Of a DNA stretch of 64,000 bases, positions 49,746 through 59,789 are shown piece by piece. The stretch covers positions 288,001 to 352,000 of the forward strand of contig CBDAOY010000004.1 of the NCBI GenBank assembly GCA_965198225.1, in the 5' to 3' direction. The number at the start of each line of letters is the position of its first letter. The first letter of the stretch is position 1. Made by a program: the position numbers and the translations under genes. This stretch comes from Terriglobia bacterium. GTDB lineage: Bacteria > Acidobacteriota > Terriglobia > 20CM-2-55-15. A model generated the notes under the pieces. The model did no database searches. It was given only the letters and a program-made list of their open reading frames with translations, and had not been told where the DNA came from.

Positions 49746-50600
49746 TCAGCTTCGTGAGCGTTCCTGGTTGTGACTGTGGACTGTCACGGATCCAGGCGTT
49801 GACGCCAGCCATCCCGATACCGTCGCGACTGGGCTGCTGCAGAGGATCGAAGGTACGTACCGGCGGGTATACCTGGAGAGTCGGGCTGTTCTCTCCAGCC
49901 AGACCTCGCGCCGGAGACTCCATCGCAATCCGAACTCCCGCCGAAGACGTTCCGGTAGTAAACCAATTCCAACCGTACTTCCCAGATACAACAGAGTGCC
50001 GGTAACGGATGGCGAAAAGAGCGCATCGGCTATTTCCCGGGCGCTATCGCTTACTGTGATCACATCGCCTTCCAGCATACTGTTCACGTACGACTGAAAA
50101 TCGTGATACGTAACCGGAACGATGCGCTCCGGTATCCCGAACAGTTTCGCCGACAGAACGAATCCGTCGTAGTATTCTTCACGCTCACCGTTTGACAGCG
50201 GTGAAACAAACGTATCGTAGACCACCAGCGTCGAGTCCATTATCGTGGCGAGCACCCATAGCTTCAGTTCGGGATCATTCGCGTCGTACGGCGTTCCAGC
50301 CCGAAACACTCCGGCGCGCGATTGCAGGACGCCGTGGACCTTCTGGTGTTTCTGATTGATGGATCTCACGGCTCGGAGGGCAAAGTCCCGACTTCCGAAC
50401 GTGATAGCCGTCGCGGCCAGGGAAGTCCGATAGAGACGAGCCAGGCGATGCTCCCGAAATCGGCTGTGGTTGGCTACACCGGCCGCAATCAACGGATGGG
50501 CGATCTGCATCAAAATCGCACGAGGACCCGCCAGGGCGCTGGCGAATTCACGGTTGACCCGCCAGAAGACCGAAGCGGGAGAGAAGAGCGGCCGACTCAT
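49746..50600 (-). CDS. Oxygenase MpaB/DUF2236 family protein
   Basis: GPRAILMQIAHP, HSRF, H..VHG, YDANDPEL..WV. Confidence 0.85.
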   Translation of the reverse strand: MSRPLFSPASVFWRVNREFASALAGPRAILMQIAHPLIAAGVANHSRFREHRLARLYRTSLAATAITFGSRDFALRAVRSINQKHQKVHGVLQSRAGVFRAGTPYDANDPELKLWVLATIMDSTLVVYDTFVSPLSNGEREEYYDGFVLSAKLFGIPERIVPVTYHDFQSYVNSMLEGDVITVSDSAREIADALFSPSVTGTLLYLGSTVGIGLLPERLRREFGLRWSLRREVWLERTARLSRYTRRYVPSILCSSPVATVSGWLASTPGSVTVHSHNQERSRS

Positions 50601-50608
50601 GCCTTATA

Positions 50609-50628
50609 TTAGCCAAAAAACTGGCTAA
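50609..50628. promoter_or_regulatory. Palindromic operator candidate TTAGCCA-N6-TGGCTAA
   Basis: Perfect 7-6-7 inverted repeat in an AT-rich divergent intergenic region. Confidence 0.5.
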
Positions 50629-50681
50629 AAAGACGTAAGATATTTGGTTTAAAGCGCTGTCCATTGACGAGAGGAGGGACG

Positions 50682-52040
50682 ATGAAGTTCTTAACCGTGA
50701 CATTCCTGACCGCTTTCTTGCTCGCGCTGCCCGGTTGCGGGGCGCCGCCTTCGGAACAACCTGAGGAGGCTGCGGCGTCATCGGGCGACACGCTGCCGGT
50801 GGCCTTTGTCGGAGTCAACGTGGTTCCCATGGACTCCGAGCAGGTTTTGAACGAACAGACCGTGGTGATCCAGGGCAGCCGCATCGCCGCGATCGGCCCG
50901 GCCGGAGAGGTCGAGGTGCCTGATGGCGCGGTCCTGGTCGACGGTACCGGCAAGTATCTGATGCCCGGTCTTGCGGAGATGCACGGTCATATCCCCCCGC
51001 CGAATCAACCGGCGGAGTTTACCGAAGCCGTACTCTTCATGTTCGTCGCCAACGGCGTCACGACGGTTCGGGGCATGCTGGGTGCAGAGGGACAGCTGGA
51101 TTTGCGGGACCGCTCGAATCGCGGTGAACTCGTCGCACCCAACCTCTACCTGGCCGGGCCCAGCTTCAACGACAACTCGATCGGCTCCCCGGAAGAAGCT
51201 GTCGAGAAGGTTCGAGCGCAAAAGGCCGAAGGGTGGGACCTGCTGAAGATCCACCCGGGTTTGACCATGGAAGAATACGACGCGATGGCCGATACGGCAC
51301 GGGAAGAAGCGATCCGTTTCGGCGGACACGTTCCTGCCGAAGTTGGCCTGGCTCACGCGATCGAAATGGGGCAGGAGACGTTCGATCATCTCGACGGTTA
51401 CGTCGAGTACCTCGATGGAGACAGCGGGCCGGTCGACGACCAGAAACTTGCCGACATTGTCCAGAAAACCAAGGATGCGGGAGCGTGGGTCGTTCCGACG
51501 ATGGCGCTCTGGGAGACGCTGATGGGCACGAGTGCCCTGGAAGCCCTGACGAGCTTCCCCGAGTTGAAGTTCATGCCGCCCGACCAGGTAGGCCGGTGGA
51601 GGGAACAGCACGAGTCGCGCCTGTCGGCTGACGGTTTCGATGCAGCCCGCGCCCGACAGATCATCGACAGTCGGATGCGCATCCTCAAAGCGCTTCATGA
51701 TGGCGGTGTTCCCATCCTGATGGGAACCGATGCCCCCCAGCAATTCAGCGTCCCCGGGTTCTCTATTCACAGGGAGCTTCAAGTGATGGCCGCTGCCGGG
51801 ATGTCGCCCTTCGAGATCATCAAGTCCGGCAGCGTCAACGTTGGAGAGTACTTCAAGGACCACCACGATTTCGGTACGGTCGAAGTCGGGAAACGCGCCG
51901 ACCTGTTGCTGGTAAATGCGAATCCGCTGGAAGACGTCGCCAACGTCGCCGATCGCTCCGGCGTGATGGTGCGTGGCGCCTGGCTGCCGGAGGATCGCAT
52001 CAAGGAACGTCTGGCGGAGATCGCCGCATCCAATAATTAG
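50682..52040 (+). CDS. Amidohydrolase family lipoprotein
   Basis: LPGC lipobox; PGLAEMHGH, GVTTVR, GTDAP, GKRADL. Confidence 0.9.
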   Translation: MKFLTVTFLTAFLLALPGCGAPPSEQPEEAAASSGDTLPVAFVGVNVVPMDSEQVLNEQTVVIQGSRIAAIGPAGEVEVPDGAVLVDGTGKYLMPGLAEMHGHIPPPNQPAEFTEAVLFMFVANGVTTVRGMLGAEGQLDLRDRSNRGELVAPNLYLAGPSFNDNSIGSPEEAVEKVRAQKAEGWDLLKIHPGLTMEEYDAMADTAREEAIRFGGHVPAEVGLAHAIEMGQETFDHLDGYVEYLDGDSGPVDDQKLADIVQKTKDAGAWVVPTMALWETLMGTSALEALTSFPELKFMPPDQVGRWREQHESRLSADGFDAARARQIIDSRMRILKALHDGGVPILMGTDAPQQFSVPGFSIHRELQVMAAAGMSPFEIIKSGSVNVGEYFKDHHDFGTVEVGKRADLLLVNANPLEDVANVADRSGVMVRGAWLPEDRIKERLAEIAASNN

Positions 52041-52050
52041 CTTGAGAAAC

Positions 52051-54174
52051 ATGCATTACCGTAATCGTTTTGTGGGCGGTAACCTCCGTCTTGCCGCAGT
52101 GTTGCTGCTGCTTACCCTCGTCCTGACCTCCTGTGGAGACACCGGTCCGGCGACCGAAACCGAGATCCTGTGGGACACCTGGGGGGTCCCTCACATCTAC
52201 GCCCAGACCTGGGAGGGCTTGTTCCACGCATTCGGCTGGGCTCAGATGCGCAGTCACGGGGACCTGATACTCAAGCTCTACGGCGAGGCTCGCGGTCGCG
52301 CAGCCGAGTACTGGGGAGAGGACCACCTCGAATCCGATCGATACATTCGGAGGATGGGTGTTCCCGGCCGGTCGGAAGAGTGGTTGGGGGTCCAGAACCC
52401 TGGCATCCGTGCCTACCTCGAAGCATTTGCAGCCGGGATGAACGAGTATGCCGAGGAGCACCCGGACCTGATCGCCGACGAGATGGAGGTTGTCTTGCCC
52501 GTCGTGCCATCGGACGTCCTCGCGCACCTTCAGCGGGTCTTCCACCTGCGGTTCGTCGGCGGAACAATACAACCGGCTCTCGGCCGCCTCGGAGCACTGG
52601 GTTCGAATGGTTGGGCGATCGGTAGCCAACGGTCCGAAAGCGAGAACGCCATGCTGCTGGCGAATCCTCACCTGCCGTGGTCGGACTTTTTCCTGTTTTA
52701 CGAGGCACAGCTTGTCGCGCCGGACCTCGACGCATACGGTGCCACTCTGGTCGGGCTCCCCATACTCGGAATCGCCTTCAACGACTACCTGGGATGGACG
52801 CACACCGTCAGCACAATGGACGGAGCCGATCTTTACGAGGTTTTTCTCGACGGAGAAGGTTACTTCTGGCCGCCGGTGGGTTTCGGCCCGGACTACGTTC
52901 GGGAATTCGATTCGCGGGATGAGACGCTGCGAGTCAAGCAGGCGGACGGCTCCCTGCGGGACGAAGTCCTGACCATTCGCAGTACCGATCACGGGCCCGT
53001 CGTCGGCGTGCGTGAAGACAGCGTTCTGGTAGCGCGGATAGTCGGGTTGGATCAGCCCCATATGGTCGAACAGTACTGGGACATGATGCGGGCCACGAAC
53101 ATTGACGACTTTGAAGAGAGTGTCAGCCGGCTCCAGAACCCCGCTTTCAATGTCCTCTACGCGGACCGGGACGGTCACATCATGTACTTGTTCGGGGGGC
53201 GTCAACCGGTTCGGGCGGAGGACCTTGTCTGGGAATACTCGCAGGGAATACTGCCCGGTAATCATCCGATCAACATCTGGGATCAGACGCACGCCTACAG
53301 GGAACTGCCTCGCCTTCTCGATCCGGCGAGCGGCTGGGTCCAGAATGCCAACGACCCGCCGTGGACCTCGACACTGCCGATGCAACTCGACCCGAAAGAC
53401 TTTCCAGACTACATGGCGCCTCGCGGCATGAGTTTCCGCGCCCAGCGGTCTGCCAGGATGCTCGAAGAGGATGAGTCGATCAGTTTCGATGAAATGATCG
53501 AGTACAAACACTCCACACGGATGGAGTTGGCAGACCGGATTCTCGACGACTTGATTCCGGCCGCTCGCCGTCGTGGCAGAGGGGCTCGCGCCGCCGCCGA
53601 GGTGTTGGATGCGTGGGATCGGGAGGCGAACGCGGACAGTCGAGGCGCCGTCCTGTTCCAGGCGTGGGTCACGGAAGTCGGCCTGGACTCGGGAATCTTC
53701 GAAACCTCGTGGGATGAAGAGAATCCACGGACGACACCCGATGGTTTGCGCGACCCCCGTGCCGCCGCTGCCGCACTGGAAACCGCGGCCGGCAAAGTCG
53801 AGGAAGACTACGGTGCACTCGACGTCGCGTGGGGAGACGTCTATCGTTTGCGGTACGCCGGCAAAGACCTTCCCGCCAACGGCGCCCCCGGCGATCTTGG
53901 CGTTTTTCGCGTTCTCGAGTTCGATCCGGATGGGGAGCTTTACCGCGCAACGTATGGAGACAGCTACGTCGCTGCAATCGAGTTCTCCGATCCCGTTCAG
54001 GCCCGGGTCCTTCTCAGCTACGGAAACGCGAGCCAACCCCATTCGCCGCATCGCGGCGACCAATTGGAACTGTTTGCCAACAAGCAATTGCGCCAGGCGT
54101 GGCGAAGTCGAGCCGAAACGGAGAGCAACCTGGAGAGTTCCGAGACCCTGCAGTTCCGGCTCCCGCGGCGCTGA
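52051..54174 (+). CDS. Ntn-hydrolase acylase (penicillin/AHL acylase family, S45)
   Basis: WDTWGVPHIYA, GSNGWA, LANPHL, FN..YAD.DG.I, QNAN. Confidence 0.92.
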   Translation: MHYRNRFVGGNLRLAAVLLLLTLVLTSCGDTGPATETEILWDTWGVPHIYAQTWEGLFHAFGWAQMRSHGDLILKLYGEARGRAAEYWGEDHLESDRYIRRMGVPGRSEEWLGVQNPGIRAYLEAFAAGMNEYAEEHPDLIADEMEVVLPVVPSDVLAHLQRVFHLRFVGGTIQPALGRLGALGSNGWAIGSQRSESENAMLLANPHLPWSDFFLFYEAQLVAPDLDAYGATLVGLPILGIAFNDYLGWTHTVSTMDGADLYEVFLDGEGYFWPPVGFGPDYVREFDSRDETLRVKQADGSLRDEVLTIRSTDHGPVVGVREDSVLVARIVGLDQPHMVEQYWDMMRATNIDDFEESVSRLQNPAFNVLYADRDGHIMYLFGGRQPVRAEDLVWEYSQGILPGNHPINIWDQTHAYRELPRLLDPASGWVQNANDPPWTSTLPMQLDPKDFPDYMAPRGMSFRAQRSARMLEEDESISFDEMIEYKHSTRMELADRILDDLIPAARRRGRGARAAAEVLDAWDREANADSRGAVLFQAWVTEVGLDSGIFETSWDEENPRTTPDGLRDPRAAAAALETAAGKVEEDYGALDVAWGDVYRLRYAGKDLPANGAPGDLGVFRVLEFDPDGELYRATYGDSYVAAIEFSDPVQARVLLSYGNASQPHSPHRGDQLELFANKQLRQAWRSRAETESNLESSETLQFRLPRR

Positions 54175-54180
54175 ATCAAA

Positions 54181-54246
54181 TGTAGGTGCGGTCTATGACC
54201 GCACATGTTTGGCTCGAACAGTGTGCGGTCATAGACCGCACCTACA
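54181..54246. repeat. GTAG-type inverted REP doublet
   Basis: TGTAGGTGCGGTCTATGACCGCAC ... GTGCGGTCATAGACCGCACCTACA, between convergent genes. Confidence 0.92.
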
Positions 54247-54249
54247 CGA

Positions 54250-57200
54250 TCATCCGCCGTTGTCGATCTGCTTCAGCAGTTCTTCGACGGCTTTGTCCAG
54301 TTGGGAATCCCGACCCGTGAAACTCTCGCCGATCGGCCGCTTTACCTCGATGTCGACGCCTCGGGGATTCATCTCCATGACCGTACCGTCGTTGGTCGTC
54401 ACACGCCATCCGGGTACCCGGAAGCTGGAGCCGTCGATCAGCCTCCTGCCGCTGGTGTAGATGATCCAGCCAGCCGTCGGCTCGCCCACGACCTTGCCGA
54501 GGTTGAGCGTGCGGTAGCCTTCAGTGAAGTCTTCGGCGTCGGAGAGCGACTGCTGATTGGTGACGAGTATGGTCGGAGATTCCAGCGCGCGCTGTCCCAG
54601 GATCGATCGCGCAGGTGTCGCGGGCTGACCCCTCGGTGTCAAGGTCAGGTACCCACGCCTGGAGAACACGTCGATCGCATACACGTTGACGAACCCGCCG
54701 CTGTTTTCGCGAATATCGATGACGACGCCCTCCCGTGAGTGGTTTTCGGCATCGAGATCCACATGCAGCCGGTTCAGGGCGCCTGCCGACATGTTGAGCA
54801 TGTGCACGTAGCCCAACCGCCCGTCGCTGATGCGATTGACGTAGGCGCGATTGTCTTCCACCCACCGCCGGTACTTCAGACCTTTTACCGTGTTCGTGTT
54901 GCTGGGCCGGATGGTGACGACGCGAGACTCCGCGCCGGCAGCGTCCTCGCCGAGCGTCAACTCGACCCGGCGGTTGATTTTGTGATCGAGCAGCTGATCC
55001 AGGTTGCTCCGAGCATCGAGGGACACGCCGTCGACCGCCAGCAGATAGTCGCCGACCTGAATCTCTGCCTGCAGAGCCGCCGGTCCGAGCGGCAGGATTT
55101 CGGTGATCTTCAGGTTGCCGGACCCGTCGTACTCTCGGCGGTCGAACGCCAGGCCTAAACGACCCACCGACGGGCTGTTCGAGCCGGGTGGGCGACCCAC
55201 GCCGAGGTGCGACGCGTTCAGTTCACCCACCATCAGGGACAGGATCCTCCGCATTTCGTCGGGCGACCCGGCGCCTCGTATCCGGGCGCCGTACTCGTCT
55301 CGGATGGCCTCCCAGTCGACGCCGTTGAAGTCCGGATCGAAAAAGCCGTCTCGGAGCATTGACCATCCTTCTTTGAACACCTCGAGTTTTTCCACGGCAA
55401 AATCGACGTCCATCTCTGCCGTGACGTCCAGGCGTTTCGCGTCCCGGCCTTCGACGGAGATGCTGTTGATGCGGCCCTGCTGAAGGAAGAAGATTTCCTT
55501 GCTGTCGGGAGAAAACTGGGCGCCACTCTTGGACCCTCCGGTCGAAGTCAGCTGACGGGCAACCCGGCGTTCGCTGCTCAGCTCGTCGAGCGAGTACAGG
55601 TAGAGGTTCTGGGAGCCTTCGGCGCTCGCGATCATCAGCAGCCATTGTCCATCCGGGCTGATCACCTGATACCCGGCGGCGACGCCGATCGGCACCAGGC
55701 TCAGGCGTTCCCGAATGTCATCGAAGACGATTTCCACGGGAGTCTCCGAAGGCTCCTCTTCCTCGTCTTCGGCCGTCTCTTCCTCATCCGGATCCTCGGG
55801 TTCATCCGACGGGGGCACTTCTTCGAAGAGTTCGCGGAACTGGTCCTCCCTGAACTCGGGGGTGCGTAATACGAGGTCGACGCGTGCGATCTGTCCCGGT
55901 TCGGTCCGCTGAGCCGTGTCGAACAGGATGAACTCACCGTCCGGACTCCACGAGAGGGTGCCTCCATATGTGTTGGCCAGGAAACTGACGGGCCGGGCAG
56001 GACCTCCGTCTCTCGGAACGACGTGGATGTTGCGGAAAGACTTGTCGTCGATCGGGGCGAACGCGAGCCATTGGCTGTCGGGTGACCACCCATATTGTCG
56101 ATTGGATGGGAAACGCCGGAAGGTGCCCGACGCCAGCAGCCTTTCTTCCCCGTTGTCCAGTTCGATTGCCCGCAGTTCACGATCGGCGCGCTGGAAGGCA
56201 ATCATCTCGCCGTCGGGCGAGAAGACGGGCGCGTAGTCATCTTCGCTATCGCTCGTGAGCCGCATTTCTGCATCATCGGCAAAACTGTAGGTGAACACGT
56301 CGAGCGACTCGTTTCGAGAGGACACGTAGGCGAGACCCTGGCTGTCGGGTGACCAGGTGACCCACGACTCCCGCTGGGGAGTTCGGGTCACCCGCGTTGC
56401 CACACCCCCGTCCGCGGCAGAGGCTGCGAAGACCTCGCCGTGAACGACGAAGGCGACCTTCTTGCCGTCGGGCGAGAGTGCCAGTTCCTGGAACTCGTCG
56501 GAGTACGTCCGGTGCTCCACGCCGGGAACGGCGGCCACGCCTCGCCGCGTGATCGGAACGGGGTTCGCCGCCCCGGAACGCGTATCGAGTTTCCAGACCG
56601 CAAAATCGCGCTCGAATACGATGACGCTTCCATCGTATGAAATCGTGGGCCAGAGAACACGGCCGTCATCGAAATCCGTTACCTGCCGGCCCTCCCGTCC
56701 CGGCACCTGGGTCCAGATATTTTCCGAACCGGTCCGGTCCGACACGTAGAAGAGCCGGTCGCCCGCGGGGTTCCACATCGGCCACAGGTCTTTCGCACCG
56801 CCGTTCGTCACGGCTTCGTAGCTGGGAGTCGGGCCGTCGCTCATCAGCCAGATCTCGGATTCGTCGATGTGGCTGTGTCCGTTGCGCCACCACTGGCCCG
56901 AAACGATGCCACGAGCCGTAAAAGCCAGCGTCGATCCATCCGGCGAGGGCGCGGAAAAGTACTCGTTCGTGTATCGGTCCGCCGTGACCGGCATCGGCGT
57001 ACCACCGCCCGAACGGATGCGAAACACGTCGTTCCGCGACGATATGTCCTGGTTCGTCGAGCTGAAGTAGATCCATTGGCCGTCCCGGGACCAGCCATCG
57101 AGCTGGTCGTTGCCGTCGGCGAAGGTCAGTCGCTGGACCTCCCCGGTGTCCAGCGTGAGCACATAGATGTCTCCGCCGCCCGTCCGCCTCGACACGAAGG

Positions 57201-57480
57201 CCAGTCGAGTTCCGTCGGGAGAGTAGATCGGTCGCGATTCCGTCGCTGGATGGGAGACCAGCAGGTGTCCGATGCCGCCATCCGCGGGGACGATCCATAC
57301 GTCCCCGGCGGACACGAACGCGATCTCCCCCAGGTCCGGAGAGATAGCCGGATCGCTGAAGTAGTGTGGTGCCGATCCGCTCGATCCGGACTGAGCCGGC
57401 ATCGATGCGACCGAAAACGGCAGCATGATCGCAGCGCAGACGGCGATTCGCCTCCAATGGGTCTTGAACGAGACGTTCAT
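54250..57480 (-). CDS. Tricorn-like S41 protease (PD40 propellers, PDZ, S41 core)
   Basis: SPDG repeats, ELNASH, GYVH, IDIR.NSGG, SDAE, GV..DIEV, D.QL. Confidence 0.92.
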   Translation of the reverse strand: MNVSFKTHWRRIAVCAAIMLPFSVASMPAQSGSSGSAPHYFSDPAISPDLGEIAFVSAGDVWIVPADGGIGHLLVSHPATESRPIYSPDGTRLAFVSRRTGGGDIYVLTLDTGEVQRLTFADGNDQLDGWSRDGQWIYFSSTNQDISSRNDVFRIRSGGGTPMPVTADRYTNEYFSAPSPDGSTLAFTARGIVSGQWWRNGHSHIDESEIWLMSDGPTPSYEAVTNGGAKDLWPMWNPAGDRLFYVSDRTGSENIWTQVPGREGRQVTDFDDGRVLWPTISYDGSVIVFERDFAVWKLDTRSGAANPVPITRRGVAAVPGVEHRTYSDEFQELALSPDGKKVAFVVHGEVFAASAADGGVATRVTRTPQRESWVTWSPDSQGLAYVSSRNESLDVFTYSFADDAEMRLTSDSEDDYAPVFSPDGEMIAFQRADRELRAIELDNGEERLLASGTFRRFPSNRQYGWSPDSQWLAFAPIDDKSFRNIHVVPRDGGPARPVSFLANTYGGTLSWSPDGEFILFDTAQRTEPGQIARVDLVLRTPEFREDQFRELFEEVPPSDEPEDPDEEETAEDEEEEPSETPVEIVFDDIRERLSLVPIGVAAGYQVISPDGQWLLMIASAEGSQNLYLYSLDELSSERRVARQLTSTGGSKSGAQFSPDSKEIFFLQQGRINSISVEGRDAKRLDVTAEMDVDFAVEKLEVFKEGWSMLRDGFFDPDFNGVDWEAIRDEYGARIRGAGSPDEMRRILSLMVGELNASHLGVGRPPGSNSPSVGRLGLAFDRREYDGSGNLKITEILPLGPAALQAEIQVGDYLLAVDGVSLDARSNLDQLLDHKINRRVELTLGEDAAGAESRVVTIRPSNTNTVKGLKYRRWVEDNRAYVNRISDGRLGYVHMLNMSAGALNRLHVDLDAENHSREGVVIDIRENSGGFVNVYAIDVFSRRGYLTLTPRGQPATPARSILGQRALESPTILVTNQQSLSDAEDFTEGYRTLNLGKVVGEPTAGWIIYTSGRRLIDGSSFRVPGWRVTTNDGTVMEMNPRGVDIEVKRPIGESFTGRDSQLDKAVEELLKQIDNGG

Positions 57481-57601
57481 GGCGTCCTCCCGGGGTCGTG
57501 GCAGGGTTAAGGCAGTCGAGGAACGTGCCGAATCTTATCCCGAAGGGTTGGGTGATTACAAACCTGCGAACCTCGACCGGTCCGAGAGCGGCGGTTCGGT
57601 G

Positions 57602-59137
57602 CTACTTCCGCTTGACGCTCCGCCCCAAAGCCATCAGGAAGATCGCGCTCTTGCCGGCAGCGTGGGGCGAGAAGAACTCCGTCACCTCGTCATCGTAGAA
57701 GGTGAGACCTGTCGCCCCGAGTCGCTGCGCATAAGCGGCAAGGTAGAGCTTCCCTCCGATGATTCCTGCCTCCAGTTGGGTGGCTCGATAGCCGCGGTTT
57801 CCGAACCGTTCGAGGATGGTGCGCAAATCTGCGAGGAAGAAGAGAGCGACGCTGGCGTCTCCCGGTAATGCCTGGTCCAGCCCGAGGTGTGCGGCGGTTC
57901 CGCGAAAATCCCCCTCCTTGAGGCACTCGAGTTCCTGATTGATGCGTCTGTAGAAGTACGCACCCGGCTTGATGCCGTCAACAGCGTTGACGATCAGGTA
58001 AAGATCGTTCAACTGGCTGCCAGGGGGTAGGAGGAAGTCGGCAGATATTCCCCGCGTCGCCCGGTCGAGCATGGTCGAAAGTTGCTCCAGCGCGATCGGC
58101 TCCCGCGAGAACTGCCGTGTCGAGCCGCGCCGCAGGATGACGCTCTCGATCGCGTCCGTCGCCAGTCCGTCGTCTCCCTGTGGCGTCAGTTTGACTATTG
58201 CTCCCGAAGCCGGATCCTCGAGTGCGGCGGCCAGGGACCCCTTCCATTCCGTGACTTCCTTTGTCGAGGTCAGCGACGATGCTTCGTGCAGCCGGTTCAT
58301 CGCCGGGTAGCGCACTTCGGTCGGAGACAAGGGAACCGTCGCCAGGTTCAGCGCGGGGAGTTGTTCCTGAGGCTCGGGAGCAGGTTCGTCGGCGACACCC
58401 AGGGAGACCAGCGAGAACGCGACTTCACGCTCGGTGTCGAGGTCGAGCACGCGGTTGACCTCCTCGTCGACGAATCCGGAATACACCCGGGCCGGTACAC
58501 CCATCGCCGCTGAGACGGCGAGCATGTTGGCCAGGATCGTGCCGTTGTCCCAGCCGAAGTGCCGGTACGTTCGGGACTCGTATTTCCAGGCATTGCGCCA
58601 GTAGGTTCCAGTGCAGACGATAACGACGGGTGCGTGGACCATGGTCTCGTCGGCAGCAGTTGCGGCGGCGATGCACCCTCGGTGATCGCCGTCGCGCAGT
58701 TTCCGAAGACCGAAGTCGCTCGCACCGAACTGGTAGACGCCGGCATCGAGATCGGGCAGATCCCGGCAGACGACGTACAGCTCGATTTCATAGAGCGCTC
58801 CGGTGCACGATGCGGCGCGGAAATACAGTTCCGTGCCCGGGTAGTCGGCCTTCTTGATGATTCCTGCTGAAAAGTAGAGAAGCTGGGCCAGGTCTTCAAG
58901 CGTGGGCGTCGAGGCGGTAAGCTCGGTTGAAGGGGAGCCGGAGACAGCCAGCAAAGCCGGTACCTCGGTCCTCTGTATCTTCTTCTCGAAGAGCGCCGGC
59001 TTGAGCGTCGGATAGATCTTGAATGGGATCGGCTGGTTCGGCCAATCCAGGGTGTGGCCACTGCTCTGAACGCTCCACGCCGAGTGTTTCGTCCGTTCGT
59101 GGTACTCCAGGCTCGCTTCCAGGTCACGGTTCGTCAT
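57602..59137 (-). CDS. SagB/ThcOx-like tandem nitroreductase-fold dehydrogenase
   Basis: YHERTKH, RAASCTGALYE, WKY..R.YRH, RRGSTR.F, RGYR, ATGLTFYD. Confidence 0.85.
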   Translation of the reverse strand: MTNRDLEASLEYHERTKHSAWSVQSSGHTLDWPNQPIPFKIYPTLKPALFEKKIQRTEVPALLAVSGSPSTELTASTPTLEDLAQLLYFSAGIIKKADYPGTELYFRAASCTGALYEIELYVVCRDLPDLDAGVYQFGASDFGLRKLRDGDHRGCIAAATAADETMVHAPVVIVCTGTYWRNAWKYESRTYRHFGWDNGTILANMLAVSAAMGVPARVYSGFVDEEVNRVLDLDTEREVAFSLVSLGVADEPAPEPQEQLPALNLATVPLSPTEVRYPAMNRLHEASSLTSTKEVTEWKGSLAAALEDPASGAIVKLTPQGDDGLATDAIESVILRRGSTRQFSREPIALEQLSTMLDRATRGISADFLLPPGSQLNDLYLIVNAVDGIKPGAYFYRRINQELECLKEGDFRGTAAHLGLDQALPGDASVALFFLADLRTILERFGNRGYRATQLEAGIIGGKLYLAAYAQRLGATGLTFYDDEVTEFFSPHAAGKSAIFLMALGRSVKRK

Positions 59138-59658
59138 ACTTCCGGACTCCGCTCGGTCGCGGGTTCACCGCTCTCATCGCGGATGATTCCCGACCCATCG
59201 GTGTAGAAATGTCTCTTCGTCTCGGGGTTCATGATCGGGATAGCCTCGATCGAGTAGCCGAACCTCCCCGATTCGACAACGAAGCGGTATCGGTAGCCCG
59301 TTACCGTGACCGAGCCCAATACCGGCTCGGCCAGGTTGGCCGCGATCAACTCCTGGATCGAGAAGGCGTACCTGCCGTTCGTTCCGAAGAACACTCCCTG
59401 TCCGGCGTGAATCGTACCGAGGGCTTCGATCGCAGACTCCTCGAGTTCGTTCTGATAGTCCCGAAGCGTTTCTATGGCTTTCGTTGCAATGACTGTGTCG
59501 GAGTAGTCGTTCTCGATACGTGTCAGCAAATGCTCGGCTTCGAGAGGTTCCCTGTTTTCCACGGCGTCCATCGCTGCCCGGTAAAGGATTCTGGACTGTT
59601 CTTCCGGATCGCCGCAGCCTGCGGCCAACAGTGTGAGTATCAGAAGAAGCTTCCGCAT
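59134..59658 (-). CDS. Lipoprotein with type IV pilin-like C-terminal region, paralog of 41794..42360
   Basis: Lipobox AAGC; ESAIEAL.TI..GQ...YA.SIQEL...GYRY...A.P...RHFYTDGSGIIR. Confidence 0.7.
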   Translation of the reverse strand: MRKLLLILTLLAAGCGDPEEQSRILYRAAMDAVENREPLEAEHLLTRIENDYSDTVIATKAIETLRDYQNELEESAIEALGTIHAGQGVFFGTNGRYAFSIQELIAANLAEPVLGSVTVTGYRYRFVVESGRFGYSIEAIPIMNPETKRHFYTDGSGIIRDESGEPATERSPEV

Positions 59659-59720
59659 GAGTCCGTCGGGAACAATGGACTAAGATAACAGGTTCTGGTG
59701 GTTTCCAGGTCGCCAGGCCC

Positions 59721-59789
59721 GTGTAGGTGCGGTCTATGACCGCACAACCTCCGAACCGAAACACGTGCGGTCATAGACCGCCCCTACAC
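59721..59789. repeat. GTAG-type inverted REP doublet
   Basis: GTAGGTGCGGTCTATGACCGCAC ... GTGCGGTCATAGACCGCCCCTAC; contains the agmatinase stop codon. Confidence 0.9.

Noticed and set aside
54181-54246. REP units with variable spacers of about 20 nt as a mini-CRISPR
   Set aside because: Units are inverted pairs at dispersed sites, not direct-repeat arrays, and there are no cas genes in the window
57602-59137. SagB-like gene as an azole RiPP cluster
   Set aside because: No YcaO, E1-like partner or precursor peptide nearby; stand-alone tandem nitroreductases are common
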